Origin: an uncultured Planctomycetia bacterium
Lineage (GTDB): Bacteria; Omnitrophota; Gorgyraeia; 1-14-0-20-64-10
NCBI GenBank assembly: GCA_964597545.1
Contig: CAZQXN010000002.1
Location: 88,234 to 152,233, forward strand
Direction of reading: 5' to 3'
DNA: 64,000 bases
Position numbers and translations under genes: made by a program. This document shows positions 7,560 to 16,660 of this stretch, piece by piece. Within the stretch, counting starts at the first letter, position 1; each line of letters begins with the position of its first letter. The notes under the pieces are model-generated. The model had not been told where the DNA came from. It made no database searches and worked only from the letters and a program-made list of their open reading frames with translations.

Positions 7560-10019
7560 ATGGCTATGCTCCCTGCAAAAGGGTTTAAGCGGTGCGGTTT
7601 ACTGCTGGCCCTCCTCCTGCTTGTTCTTTTGGGATTGCGGATTTCAGGCCCGCAGTCGGATACAGACATGGAGAAACATCCCTCCTTTGTTGAGCCCTCA
7701 GGGGCACCAGCCATTGCTCCCTCCCTGCCTGAGCCCTGCAGGGAGAAGGGCAAGGAGTTGCCCGATCCGATCCTGGTGGATGATTTCGAGACCGGCCAGA
7801 CCCACGGCCTCTTTGCCCAGCGCAAGAACCGCCTGGATGCCTTCCAGGGAACCTGGGCCAGGCGCCCATCCTATACAGTGATCACCAAGGTGCTGGACAG
7901 CCGGCCAGGTTCGGTGGGTAATGCCCTGCGCCTGGAGTACAACAAGGTGGGCGGCTGGTGCGGCTGGTACACCCTCTTAAACGGCATTGACATCTCCTGC
8001 CACAATGCCTTGACCTTCTGGGTTAAGGGAGAGGAAGGGGGGGAGCGCTTTGATATCGGCCTGGCCGATGACACGATGCAGGATTTGCAGATTGACGCCG
8101 TCTACGTCGGATCCATCAAATCTTTTCTGCCGGAGGGCATCACCACCCAATGGCAGCAGGTCAAGATCCCGCTGCAGTCCTTAAGATCGGAGTTGAATCT
8201 GACCCGGATGGGCTCTTTGGTTCTTTGGTTTAGGTACGAAGGCAAGGGGGCGATTGAGGTGGACGACCTTGTCTTTGCCTTTGATGAGGAGATAGAACGG
8301 ATCTTGGAGGAGAATATGCCCCGGGCCCAGCTGGATATCCGCTCTCCCCGGGCCATGTGGGTTTGGAAGTATGATCCGATCAACAATCTGGATGTGCGCG
8401 AGGAGCTCTTAGCCTTCTCTGAGCGCACAGCGATCCAGCGCTTCTATCTCTATCTGGGCGAGGAGCCCATTCCCCAGACGCCTGAAAATTACCAGCAAGG
8501 GTTGGCTGAGTTCCTCCGGCAGTGCCACGCACAGGGGATTGAGGTCCAGGCCCTTCAGGGCAACCCCGTTTGGGCCCTCAAGCGCCACCACTCCAAGGTG
8601 TTGAAGTGGATTGGGGGATTCTTGACTTACAACCGGACGCGCCCCCCCGAGGAATGGATTGACGGGGTGCACATGGACATTGAGCCGTATCTGACCTCTG
8701 AGTGGGAGACCGGCGATCAGAAGAAGCTTAAAGAAGAGTTTTTGGAGCTGATGGCCTCCTGCCGGGAGTTGATCGATGAGGAGAATGGACGCACCGGCGC
8801 TCGCGCCTCGACAGGCTCAGCGCGGACGGAAGATGCCGCGCTGCGGCCGTGGGCTGTGGGGCCGACGGCAGCAATCCCCTTTGTGATGGGGTTGGCGATC
8901 CCGCTTTTCTACGACCGGGAGCCGGAGATGGAGCGTAAACTTCTCGCCTTTCTCGATTACGCTGCCCTCATGGATTACTACGATACCGCCCGGGATATCA
9001 TTGATGCCGGTTGGTCCCATGTTGAGATGGCAAGGGAATTGGGCGTTGCGATGGTGATCGGCATTGAGACCCAGGATTTGATCCAGATGTCGCAGGGCAA
9101 GCGCCGCAACACCTTCATTGAAGAGGGATGGAACGATATGGAGGCGGAGCTGGCCGAAGTCACCAACGCCTTTGCGGGTAACCCCGCCTTTGACGGGTTG
9201 GCGATCCACTGTTATTACGCCTATAAGATTCTTCAGCGGGGGCGAAATGTCCCCACCCGGGAGCGGACCGGTAAGCTCCCCGGATTCACCGCCGCGGAGT
9301 TGCCTTTAGCCGCTCAGATTGACGGGGATCTCTCGGAATGGAACCAAGCCCAGTGGACGCGCATCTTCTTGCGCAAGCAGGCGGTCTATGGCGTCGGGGC
9401 GTGGGAGGGACCGAACGACTATTCCTTCAAGGTCGCTGCCGGCTGGGAGCCGGAGGCCCTCCTGCTGGCCTTTGATGTGACCGACAACACCCACATTCAA
9501 GAAAAACAGAAGGCCGACATGTGGGAGGGGGACCACCTTGAGCTTTGGCTGGATACCGATCTGGAGGGGGACTACGCCGAGGCCGTCAACTCCTCCGACG
9601 ATTTTCAGCTTGGGCTCTCCCCCGGGAATTTCAGCACCTTGCCGCCGGAGGCGCATGTGTGGGTTCCGTCGGTGGATCCCGATGCCTTGGCGGGCATCCA
9701 GGTGGCTGCCCGTAACACCGAAGCCGGATATGCCTTAGAGGTGCGCCTCCCCACAGATTTTCTATTTCAGAATGTTCGAAAGCGCGTAGGGGTGGGACCG
9801 GTGCACTCGGAGATGCCTAAACGGATTACCCCGGAGATGTTCGCCCTGCAGGAGGGGGTGCTCCAGTCGCATCAGCTTACGGCAGGGTTTCGGATGGGGA
9901 TCATGGTGGACGGCTCAGATTCGGATCTGGCCCGGCACCCTCAGAAATGCGTCCTCTCCACCTCAGAGGAACGGCAGTGGGGGGATCCGACCACCTTCAA
10001 TATCTTGGAGTTGCGATGA
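7560..10019 (+). CDS. Membrane-anchored or secreted multidomain glycan-active protein. It contains a 'WCGWYTLL' CBM-like beta-sandwich (~nt 7900-8290), a TIM-barrel glycoside-hydrolase-like domain (~8340-9200) and a CBM9/DOMON-like C-terminal domain (~9300-9800).
   Basis: ATG at 7560 gives 'MAMLPAKGFKRCGLLLALLLLVLLGL' (signal/TM). Motifs 'GGWCGWYTLL...FWVKGEEGGERFDIG...TQWQQVKIPL'. 'GIEVQALQGNPVWA...GVHMDIEPY' is paralogous to ORF 12607..13602. The track start at 7527 overlaps the preceding gene and is less likely. Confidence 0.55.
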   Translation: MAMLPAKGFKRCGLLLALLLLVLLGLRISGPQSDTDMEKHPSFVEPSGAPAIAPSLPEPCREKGKELPDPILVDDFETGQTHGLFAQRKNRLDAFQGTWARRPSYTVITKVLDSRPGSVGNALRLEYNKVGGWCGWYTLLNGIDISCHNALTFWVKGEEGGERFDIGLADDTMQDLQIDAVYVGSIKSFLPEGITTQWQQVKIPLQSLRSELNLTRMGSLVLWFRYEGKGAIEVDDLVFAFDEEIERILEENMPRAQLDIRSPRAMWVWKYDPINNLDVREELLAFSERTAIQRFYLYLGEEPIPQTPENYQQGLAEFLRQCHAQGIEVQALQGNPVWALKRHHSKVLKWIGGFLTYNRTRPPEEWIDGVHMDIEPYLTSEWETGDQKKLKEEFLELMASCRELIDEENGRTGARASTGSARTEDAALRPWAVGPTAAIPFVMGLAIPLFYDREPEMERKLLAFLDYAALMDYYDTARDIIDAGWSHVEMARELGVAMVIGIETQDLIQMSQGKRRNTFIEEGWNDMEAELAEVTNAFAGNPAFDGLAIHCYYAYKILQRGRNVPTRERTGKLPGFTAAELPLAAQIDGDLSEWNQAQWTRIFLRKQAVYGVGAWEGPNDYSFKVAAGWEPEALLLAFDVTDNTHIQEKQKADMWEGDHLELWLDTDLEGDYAEAVNSSDDFQLGLSPGNFSTLPPEAHVWVPSVDPDALAGIQVAARNTEAGYALEVRLPTDFLFQNVRKRVGVGPVHSEMPKRITPEMFALQEGVLQSHQLTAGFRMGIMVDGSDSDLARHPQKCVLSTSEERQWGDPTTFNILELR

Positions 10020-11251
10020 ATCTTTCTATCGCACGATGCATCTTAAGGGTGGGACTAACAGCTTCCCTTGTGGTCACGGGCCCTCAGCGGTCAGCAGCCC
10101 GTGCTGAGGAAGGGGTGCCTGCTGCCGAATCCCCGGCTTTTGCGGGCACTCCATTGGGAGAGATACCCCCCTTTCCGGAGGGGACCCAACTGATTCCCAG
10201 GGTTGCCCGAGTGGCCGAACGGGGCCGGATCGGGGGATATGCGATGCGGCCGTCGAAATATGGTGTATACTATGACGAGCGTAACCACCGACCCGGTTCC
10301 AAGGAAGGGATCTACGTCCGCTACCGCAAGAAACCTTACCCCTCCTTCTGCGGCGCCTATTTGGTCATTGCGGGGGATCTCTCTGCCCATGCCACCATGA
10401 CCTTTTGGGTCAAGGGGGCCAAAGGCGGGGAGGCCTTTGAGATCGGCATGAATGATGTCGTCTCCAACCAGCGGGAGGATGCGGTGATGGTCGGCTCCAT
10501 CTATCGGTACCTTCCGCAAGGGGTGACCACTCAGTGGCAGCAGGTTAAGATTCCGTTGGAGGATTTTTTCGGTGCGGACCTACGCCGGGTCTTCAGCGTG
10601 GTCTTCAACTTCAACGAGACCGGAGAAGGGATCTTCTGGATCGATGAAGTCGCCTTTCATGAGGAGCAGTTGGTCTTCCGGGAGGATGAGATCCTAAGCC
10701 AAGGCCATCTCCTCGTGGACAATTTTGACCACGCCGATGTGAATCTCTTGGGACGCAAGGCCAATGCCTACAAGCGGCTGCCCTCGGTATGCCGCTTTGA
10801 TCGGGTGGAGTCGCCGCGGGTAGGGGACCATGGCCGGAGCTTGCGCTTAAGCTTCGAGAAGAAGTCGACCGGTTGGTGCGGCTATTACACGCTGCTCAAC
10901 CAGATTGACGGCAGCTACTATGACCTGACCCTCTACAAGGAGGTTGCTTTTCAGGTGCGCGGGGGCAAGGGCGGCGAGACCTTCGAGGTCGGAATGGCGG
11001 ATCGATCCTGGCAGACGATCGGCGATTCCGTCAAGGCCGACGCCATCGAGAAATACCTCCCTGCGGGGGTGACCACCCAATGGCAGGAGGCGGTCATACC
11101 GCTGGATGATTTCGGCAAATTGGATTGGACGCAGATGGGTTCCGTGGTCTTTAACTTCCATCGTCCCAGCGCCGGAGAGCTGTACATTGATGATCTGCGT
11201 TTGATCCGCAAAAGCGAGGAGGATCTTCTGGAAGCATGGGACGAAGAATGA
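10016..11251 (+). CDS. Secreted protein with two tandem CBM-like 'WCGYYTLL' beta-sandwich domains
   Basis: ATGA overlap with the upstream stop. Signal 'MNLSIARCILRVGLTASLVVTG'. Two copies of 'FWVKG/FQVRGGKGGE.FE.GM.D...TTQWQ(Q/E)..IPL(E/D)DF'. Confidence 0.6.
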   Translation: MNLSIARCILRVGLTASLVVTGPQRSAARAEEGVPAAESPAFAGTPLGEIPPFPEGTQLIPRVARVAERGRIGGYAMRPSKYGVYYDERNHRPGSKEGIYVRYRKKPYPSFCGAYLVIAGDLSAHATMTFWVKGAKGGEAFEIGMNDVVSNQREDAVMVGSIYRYLPQGVTTQWQQVKIPLEDFFGADLRRVFSVVFNFNETGEGIFWIDEVAFHEEQLVFREDEILSQGHLLVDNFDHADVNLLGRKANAYKRLPSVCRFDRVESPRVGDHGRSLRLSFEKKSTGWCGYYTLLNQIDGSYYDLTLYKEVAFQVRGGKGGETFEVGMADRSWQTIGDSVKADAIEKYLPAGVTTQWQEAVIPLDDFGKLDWTQMGSVVFNFHRPSAGELYIDDLRLIRKSEEDLLEAWDEE

Positions 11252-11862
11252 TGAGACAGGCGGCCGGTATCGGCCTGTGTACCATCGCAGTGGCCCTCTC
11301 GTGCGCTCTTGCCTTGGCGGCAGAGCCGCTTCTCATTGATGACTATGAGGCCGGTGCTGCCAATCGTTTGGGGGGCCGCTCCAACACCTACGTCTCCGCC
11401 CCTTCCCGGGCGTTGGCGATGAAGACCGACAAAGAGGCGCACGCCGGAAAGAGCGCCTTGATGATCAAATACGACAAGAAGAACCAGGGGGGCCCTTATG
11501 GCCAGGGGGGGTGGTGCGGCTACTATACCCTCTTGAAGGTGGGGTCGCGCTACTTTGACGCCACCGAATACAGGGCTTTGACCTTCTGGATCAAGGGGAG
11601 CAGGGGGGGTGAGAATTTCGTGCTGGGGGCTGCCGATCGCCACTGGGAGCAGGTGGGCGATTCGGTGAAGTCCGAGCCGATCGGCAAATATCTGGCCGAA
11701 GGCAAAATCACCGCCGACTGGCAAAAGGCAGTGATTCCCCTGGATACCTTCATGATCGACATGCAGGAGCTTTCCTCCGTTTCCTTTTGTTTTGAGGGTT
11801 CGGTCTTCCCGGCCGGGGCAGGCAAGGGGACCCTCTTTGTGGATGATCTCACACTGGAATAA
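11248..11862 (+). CDS. Secreted single-domain CBM-like ('GGWCGYYTLL') protein
   Basis: ATGA overlap. Signal 'MMRQAAGIGLCTIAVALSCALALAAEP'. Domain motifs 'FWIKGSRGGENFVLG..DRHWEQVGDSVKSEPIGKYL'. Confidence 0.6.
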   Translation: MMRQAAGIGLCTIAVALSCALALAAEPLLIDDYEAGAANRLGGRSNTYVSAPSRALAMKTDKEAHAGKSALMIKYDKKNQGGPYGQGGWCGYYTLLKVGSRYFDATEYRALTFWIKGSRGGENFVLGAADRHWEQVGDSVKSEPIGKYLAEGKITADWQKAVIPLDTFMIDMQELSSVSFCFEGSVFPAGAGKGTLFVDDLTLE

Positions 11863-11891
11863 TAAGCGGAATAATGTTAGGAGGTGTACGA

Positions 11892-12599
11892 ATGAGAAGG
11901 TTGAACGATGCATTAAAACGATGGAGCGCCCTCTCCGTCAAGCTGGCTGCGGCCGGTTTGGCGGTCGGGCTGCTTGCCCTCTCTGCCCGGGCGGCGGCTT
12001 CTCCGCTGCTGGTGGATGATTTTGAGGGGGAAGAAGTGATCAAGAATATGCTTGGCAATCGAGCCAACGTTTTCCTCAAGGCGCCCTCCAAGGCGATGGT
12101 CAGCCGTCGCTCGGAGCAGGTGAACGGCCAGGAAAGCCAGGTCTTGATGCTTCGTTATGACAAGCGCAACTCCGGCGGTCCGTATGACGGCGGGGGGTGG
12201 TGCGGCTATTACACGCTGCTCAAGTCCCCGGGTGCCTTGGTGGCGCCCACCGACGAGAACCCCAATCCCGAACCCCTGGGAGAACAGTACCTTGACGGCA
12301 GCGAGTTGACTCAGGTTTCCTTCTGGGTGCGCGGTGAGAAGGGGGATGAGAATTTTGTCTTAGGGATGTCTGACCGGCACTGGGACAAGATCGGAGATTC
12401 CGTCAAGTCCGAGGAGATCGGCAAGTATCTGCCGCAGGGACGCATCACCACCGAGTGGCAGAAGGCCGTGGTGCCGCTGGACGAGTTCTTCATTGACTAC
12501 GCCCAGTTGGCGGCCGTCTCCGTTGTCTTCGAGGGAGATCTCTTCCCGGAGACCGGCCACGCAGGGACCCTCTACATCGACAACATCACACTTGAATAG
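11892..12599 (+). CDS. Secreted single-domain CBM-like ('GGWCGYYTLL') protein, paralog of the previous ORF
   Basis: AGGAGG Shine-Dalgarno sequence 9 nt upstream of ATG 11892. Signal 'MRRLNDALKRWSALSVKLAAAGLAVGLLALSARAAASP'. 'FWVRGEKGDENFVLGMSDRHWDKIGDSVKSEEIGKYL'. Confidence 0.6.
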   Translation: MRRLNDALKRWSALSVKLAAAGLAVGLLALSARAAASPLLVDDFEGEEVIKNMLGNRANVFLKAPSKAMVSRRSEQVNGQESQVLMLRYDKRNSGGPYDGGGWCGYYTLLKSPGALVAPTDENPNPEPLGEQYLDGSELTQVSFWVRGEKGDENFVLGMSDRHWDKIGDSVKSEEIGKYLPQGRITTEWQKAVVPLDEFFIDYAQLAAVSVVFEGDLFPETGHAGTLYIDNITLE

Positions 12600-12606
12600 G
12601 TCCTGA

Positions 12607-13602
12607 GTGAAGCCAATCTCACCGACTGTCCGTCCCTTCGGGCGGGCTTGCTGCGGGCGGAGGTGGAGGGGGGCAATTGCGCTGGTTTTGGCCGGCTGCC
12701 TCCTCTTGCCCTCCGCCCTGTCAGCTTCTGGGGTTTCTGCCGCGGGCACAGCCTCCAAGGAGCAGGGCGCAGAGCGGCTTGCCCTGTGGGTGTGGGATGC
12801 GCGTGTGGTGACAGAGCCCCGCGCCCAGCATCGCCTGCTCAATTTCTGCAGGCGAGGCGGAGTGGGCATCCTGTATCTGTCTGCCTATGATCTGCGCGCT
12901 CCCATGGATAAGGCTTACCGGTCCTTTAACCGGCGGGCCCATGAGGCCGGGTTGGAGGTCCACGCCTTGGCCGGAGATCCCCGCTGGGCCAAGAGCCGAT
13001 ATCATCACATCCCCTTGAGATGGGCCGACTCGGTTCGCGCCCTCAATCAGAAGGCTCGCCCTGAAGAACGGTTTGACGGACTGCACACCGACATTGAGGC
13101 GTACCTGCTCTCCAAAAGCTGGCGGGAACGCCCCGAGGTGCTCTTGGGCAGCTACCTGGAGTTGACCCGCAAGCTCGCCGGCAAGGCGTGGGAAGCCCCG
13201 CATCCCATCGCCTATGGCGTGGATATCCCCTTCTGGTTTGACGACGACATCTCCTATCGGATTCTTTGGAACGGAAGCATTAAGCCTCCCTCGCATCACG
13301 TGATGGATTTCTCGGACTTTGTCACGGTCATGGCCTATCGGAATTTTGCCGAGGGCCCGGACGGCACCATCCATCTGGTGCGCCTTGAGATGGACTATGG
13401 CGATAAGATCGGCAAGAAGGTCTTTGTGGGACAGGAGACCCAGGAAGACCTTTTCCCCACCTACATTACCTTCGGCGGCACTTCTTGCCGAGTTCTCAAG
13501 CGCGAGATGGGGAAGGTCCGAAGCGCCTACCGGGATCGGACCAGTTTCGGGGGCTTTGCCATCCATCATTATGACAGCTATCGGAAGCTGTGCAGCCAAT
13601 GA
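12607..13602 (+). CDS. Secreted TIM-barrel glycoside-hydrolase-like protein. It is paralogous to the central domain of ORF 7560..10019.
   Basis: Signal 'GAIALVLAGCLLLPSALSASG'. 'GLEVHALAGDPRWA' and 'GLHTDIEAYL' match 'GIEVQALQGNPVWA' and 'GVHMDIEPYL' in the ORF 7560..10019 paralog. The start codon is uncertain. Confidence 0.45.
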   Translation: MKPISPTVRPFGRACCGRRWRGAIALVLAGCLLLPSALSASGVSAAGTASKEQGAERLALWVWDARVVTEPRAQHRLLNFCRRGGVGILYLSAYDLRAPMDKAYRSFNRRAHEAGLEVHALAGDPRWAKSRYHHIPLRWADSVRALNQKARPEERFDGLHTDIEAYLLSKSWRERPEVLLGSYLELTRKLAGKAWEAPHPIAYGVDIPFWFDDDISYRILWNGSIKPPSHHVMDFSDFVTVMAYRNFAEGPDGTIHLVRLEMDYGDKIGKKVFVGQETQEDLFPTYITFGGTSCRVLKREMGKVRSAYRDRTSFGGFAIHHYDSYRKLCSQ

Positions 13603-14513
13603 GTGAGCAGAAGGCAGAAGACAGAAGGCAGAAGGCAAGGGGCCGGGCGGCTGTGGCGTGCTGCTTGCTGTTCGCTGCTTGTTGCTTACCGGTTTTTGCG
13701 GATGTGATCTATGACCTGGAGGGGGGTACCCTCCGAGGTTTGGTGGTGGAAGAGCATTGGGACCGGATCGTGGTGAGCACCGAATGGGGTGAGCAGACGA
13801 TCTTGCGCGAGACGATCGAGGAGATCTTTTTTGACGAGCCTGAGCGCAACCAGCTCTACCTGGGCAACCAAGCCTTAGGGGCGGGGGAGTTCAGCCTTGC
13901 CCAGGGCTTCTTCCGCAAGGCCTTGCGGCTCAACCCCAACTTCCAGGAGGCCAACGATGCCCTCGGCCGCCTTGAGGATCAAGAGGCCAAATTGGCAGCC
14001 CAATTTGACCTTACCCAACCTGTGCCGGTATTGCTCAACCGAATCGGAATGACGGTGGGGTTGACGGATCAGTTTTCCCAGATTCGAATGATCCGCGCAG
14101 ATTCTCCGGCAGATCGGGCGGGCTTGAGCATTGGGGATCTCTTGATAAGTTATTGGGGAGAGTCTCTGGGCTTTCTTCCGGTCGAGGAGATTGCGCGCAG
14201 AATCCTAGGCCCCCCCAGAACCGCCGTTACGCTCACCGTGCAGCGCGAGGTGATGCTCCCCTCTGCTTTGCCCTTTGAGAGGGACTGGCCGGCCATGCAG
14301 ATGGGGATGTCTCGATCCGGGCTTACGGTTCTGGAGGTGACCCCCAAAGGGATGGCTGCCCTGACCGGCTTGCGCTTGGGGGATCGCATTGTCCGGCTCG
14401 ACAAGCAGCCTACCCGCTACATGCCCCTCTCCAAGGCCCGGCGGGTTATGGCAGAGGCCAAGGAAACAGGCGTGACACTGGTCATTCAGCGCGATATAAC
14501 GCTTCAGCGTTAG
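13590..14513 (+). CDS. Secreted protein with an N-terminal TPR-like helix pair and two PDZ domains
   Basis: Signal 'AAVACCLLFAACCLPVFA'. 'FFRKALRLNPNFQEANDALGRL' (TPR-like). 'GLSIGDLLISYWGESLGFLPVEEIARRILGPPRTAVTLTVQRE' and 'GLRLGDRIVRLDKQPTRYMPLSKARRVM' (PDZ-like). Confidence 0.5.
   Translation: MQPMSEQKAEDRRQKARGRAAVACCLLFAACCLPVFADVIYDLEGGTLRGLVVEEHWDRIVVSTEWGEQTILRETIEEIFFDEPERNQLYLGNQALGAGEFSLAQGFFRKALRLNPNFQEANDALGRLEDQEAKLAAQFDLTQPVPVLLNRIGMTVGLTDQFSQIRMIRADSPADRAGLSIGDLLISYWGESLGFLPVEEIARRILGPPRTAVTLTVQREVMLPSALPFERDWPAMQMGMSRSGLTVLEVTPKGMAALTGLRLGDRIVRLDKQPTRYMPLSKARRVMAEAKETGVTLVIQRDITLQR
13608..13640 (+). repeat. Heptanucleotide SSR (cagaagg/cagaaga) x4 in the 5' end of the PDZ-protein gene. 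It lies in the signal-peptide n-region.
   Basis: 'cagaaggcagaagacagaaggcagaaggcaagg'. The unit length is not a multiple of 3. Confidence 0.7.
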
Positions 14514-14562
14514 GAATCGGATTCCATTATTCTATCGATGTCATACAAGGAGGGTTACAGCC

Positions 14563-15132
14563 ATGGCGGAGAAGTTCCGACGAACCCATTACTTAACTGA
14601 TAAGTCTTTACAGATGCGGTATATGGTTTTGACCTTGTTGATGTTGGCGGCCTTCTTCGCTGTCTCCGTAGGGGTCGTCTATGTCACCGGATGGTCGCAC
14701 TTGGTCGAGAAGCTCTCCCAGATTTACCCGCAGGGGCGCTTGGTGGAGATCTTGCGATTGATTTATCTCAGACTCTCCCTGGGTTTCTTGGCCCTGCTTC
14801 CGGTGGCTTTGTTCTTGACCCTTTTCTTCTCGCACACCGTGGCGGGGCCCTTGGTCAGGATCAAGCGCTACCTTCGGCTCATGGCCAAAGGGGAGTTTGA
14901 CTTGGCCCCCTTGGTGCTGAGGCGCTTCGATGAGCTCAAGGATGTGGCGGACTTGATCAACGAAATGACCTCGAAGCTGGGACCCCGCTCTCATGAGCGC
15001 AAACGCCTGATCGACTCCCTTCAGGGGACGGTTCAGGCCCTCCGGCAGGATGTTCAGCGGCTCCCTTCAGCGGGGCAGGAGATTCACCGCAAGGTGAACT
15101 ACCTGGCCGACACCCTGCGCATTTTGGAGTGA
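14563..15132 (+). CDS. Small membrane protein with two TM helices followed by a HAMP-like amphipathic region
   Basis: AAGGAGGG Shine-Dalgarno sequence upstream. Hydrophobic segments 'YMVLTLLMLAAFFAVSVGVVYV' and 'LGFLALLPVALFLTLFF'. HAMP-like 'AGPLVRIKRYLRLMAKGEFDL...DELKDVADLINEMTSKLG'. Confidence 0.45.
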   Translation: MAEKFRRTHYLTDKSLQMRYMVLTLLMLAAFFAVSVGVVYVTGWSHLVEKLSQIYPQGRLVEILRLIYLRLSLGFLALLPVALFLTLFFSHTVAGPLVRIKRYLRLMAKGEFDLAPLVLRRFDELKDVADLINEMTSKLGPRSHERKRLIDSLQGTVQALRQDVQRLPSAGQEIHRKVNYLADTLRILE

Positions 15133-15707
15133 CGATGAAGCGACTACTCATTGCGGCACTGGCGGTTGGGGTGGCTTTTACCCCCCTGGTGCAGGCTCAG
15201 GAGGCGTTGCAGAGGGAGGGGCGGGACAGCGACGAAGACGGCACCCCGGATGAATGGTGGTATTACGGCCCGCTGACACCGGTGCCCGATGAAGATCCGG
15301 AGCTGACCAAGAAGCGAGCCCTGGTTCGGATTGAGCGGGACCGCGACGCCGACGGCAAGCCCGAGGTGTGGATCCATTTTGAAGCCGGCACCCACCTGCG
15401 CTCCGAGGTGGACCGCGATGCCGACGGCTCCCCGGACCTGGTGCGCTTCATGAAGGACGGGCGCCCCGAGCGGGAACAGGCCGACCTCAACTTCGACGGC
15501 ACCCTGGATGCCTGGGTCTTCTATAAGGAAGGGATCAAGGACCTGATGATCATGGACAAGAACTACGACGGCCGCCCCGATGCCTGGTTCTACTACGGGC
15601 AGGGGGGGTGGAAGCTGGTTTCCGGCAAGGTGGATGAGGATTTTGACGGCACCGTAGACCGCGTCTTCGGCCCGCCCCCCGAGGAGGAGACCCGCCAGCC
15701 CTGGTAG
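15129..15707 (+). CDS. Secreted protein with ~6 DxDxDG-type (calcium-binding-like) repeats
   Basis: Signal 'MKRLLIAALAVGVAFTPLVQAQE'. Repeats 'DEDGTPDEWWYY', 'DRDADGKPEVWIHF', 'DRDADGSPDLVRFM', 'DLNFDGTLDAWVFY', 'DKNYDGRPDAWFYY', 'DEDFDGTVDRVF'. Confidence 0.5.
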   Translation: MTMKRLLIAALAVGVAFTPLVQAQEALQREGRDSDEDGTPDEWWYYGPLTPVPDEDPELTKKRALVRIERDRDADGKPEVWIHFEAGTHLRSEVDRDADGSPDLVRFMKDGRPEREQADLNFDGTLDAWVFYKEGIKDLMIMDKNYDGRPDAWFYYGQGGWKLVSGKVDEDFDGTVDRVFGPPPEEETRQPW

Positions 15708-15713
15708 CTCCCC

Positions 15714-15742
15714 TTGACGGGGGTATTCCGCCGTGGTATAAA
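15714..15742 (+). promoter_or_regulatory. Sigma70-like promoter candidate upstream of nagB (TTGACG-N17-TATAAA)
   Basis: -35 TTGACG at 15714-15719, a 17-nt spacer, -10 TATAAA at 15737-15742. An AAGGAGG Shine-Dalgarno sequence sits at ~15841 before ATG 15860. Confidence 0.4.
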
Positions 15743-15859
15743 GTAGATTCTATTTGATGGCCCCATGCAGCGCCAGGGGGCCTTCCGCGTGCCAAGGATT
15801 GTTCCATCTTCTTTGCGCCTACCGAGTTCCAAAGCAAACATAAGGAGGAGTGTTTCAGC

Positions 15860-16627
15860 ATGGAAGTTGTTATCAGAGATACCATTGACGAAGTTTCAAA
15901 GCTGTCCGCAGAGATCATTGCCGACATCATTCGGCGCAAGCCTCGCGCCATCTTGGGGCTGGCTACCGGATCTACGCCGGTTGGAACCTACAAGGAGCTC
16001 ATCCGGCTCCACAAAGAGGAAGGGCTCGATTTCTCTCGGGTCATTACCTTCAACCTCGATGAGTACGTCGGTTTGACGCACGATCATCCCCAGAGCTACC
16101 ACTACTTCATGTGGGATAACCTCTTCAAGCACATCAACGTCAACGCCAAGAATGTCCACATCCCCGATGGAACCGCCAAGGATGTCCCCGGCTTCTGCCG
16201 CGAGTACGAGGAGCAGATTGTCAAGGCCGGCGGATTGGACGCGCAGCTTCTGGGCATCGGCTCCAACGGGCACATCGCCTTCAACGAGCCCGGCTCCTCT
16301 CTGGGGTCCCGCACTCGCGTCAAGACCCTGGATGACCGCACGCGCCAAGACAACGCTCGGTTCTTCAGCAACCTCAACGAGGTTCCCAAGTATGCCATCA
16401 CCATGGGGATCGGCACCATCATGGAAGCTCGTCAGTTGATCTTGCTCGCCAACGGCGCCGGCAAGGCAGAGGCGATCGCCCAGACCTGCGAGGGCCCGAT
16501 TACCGCCATGGTTCCGGCGACCATCGTTCAGCTGCATCCCAAGGCGACCATTGTGGTGGACAAGGCTGCCGGTACGAAGCTCACCCGGGAATATCCCGCA
16601 GAGCCGCACGTACTGGTGCTCCACTAA
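15860..16627 (+). CDS. nagB: Glucosamine-6-phosphate deaminase (isomerase)
   Basis: 'LGLATGSTPVGTYKELI', 'ITFNLDEYVGL', 'LLGIGSNGHIAFNEPGSSLGSRTRVKTL', 'VPKYAITMGIGTIM', 'VQLHPKATIVVD'. These are collinear with E. coli NagB motifs. Confidence 0.9.
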   Translation: MEVVIRDTIDEVSKLSAEIIADIIRRKPRAILGLATGSTPVGTYKELIRLHKEEGLDFSRVITFNLDEYVGLTHDHPQSYHYFMWDNLFKHINVNAKNVHIPDGTAKDVPGFCREYEEQIVKAGGLDAQLLGIGSNGHIAFNEPGSSLGSRTRVKTLDDRTRQDNARFFSNLNEVPKYAITMGIGTIMEARQLILLANGAGKAEAIAQTCEGPITAMVPATIVQLHPKATIVVDKAAGTKLTREYPAEPHVLVLH

Positions 16628-16660
16628 ACGACCCGACAGAAAACGAAACGGATATCAGCG

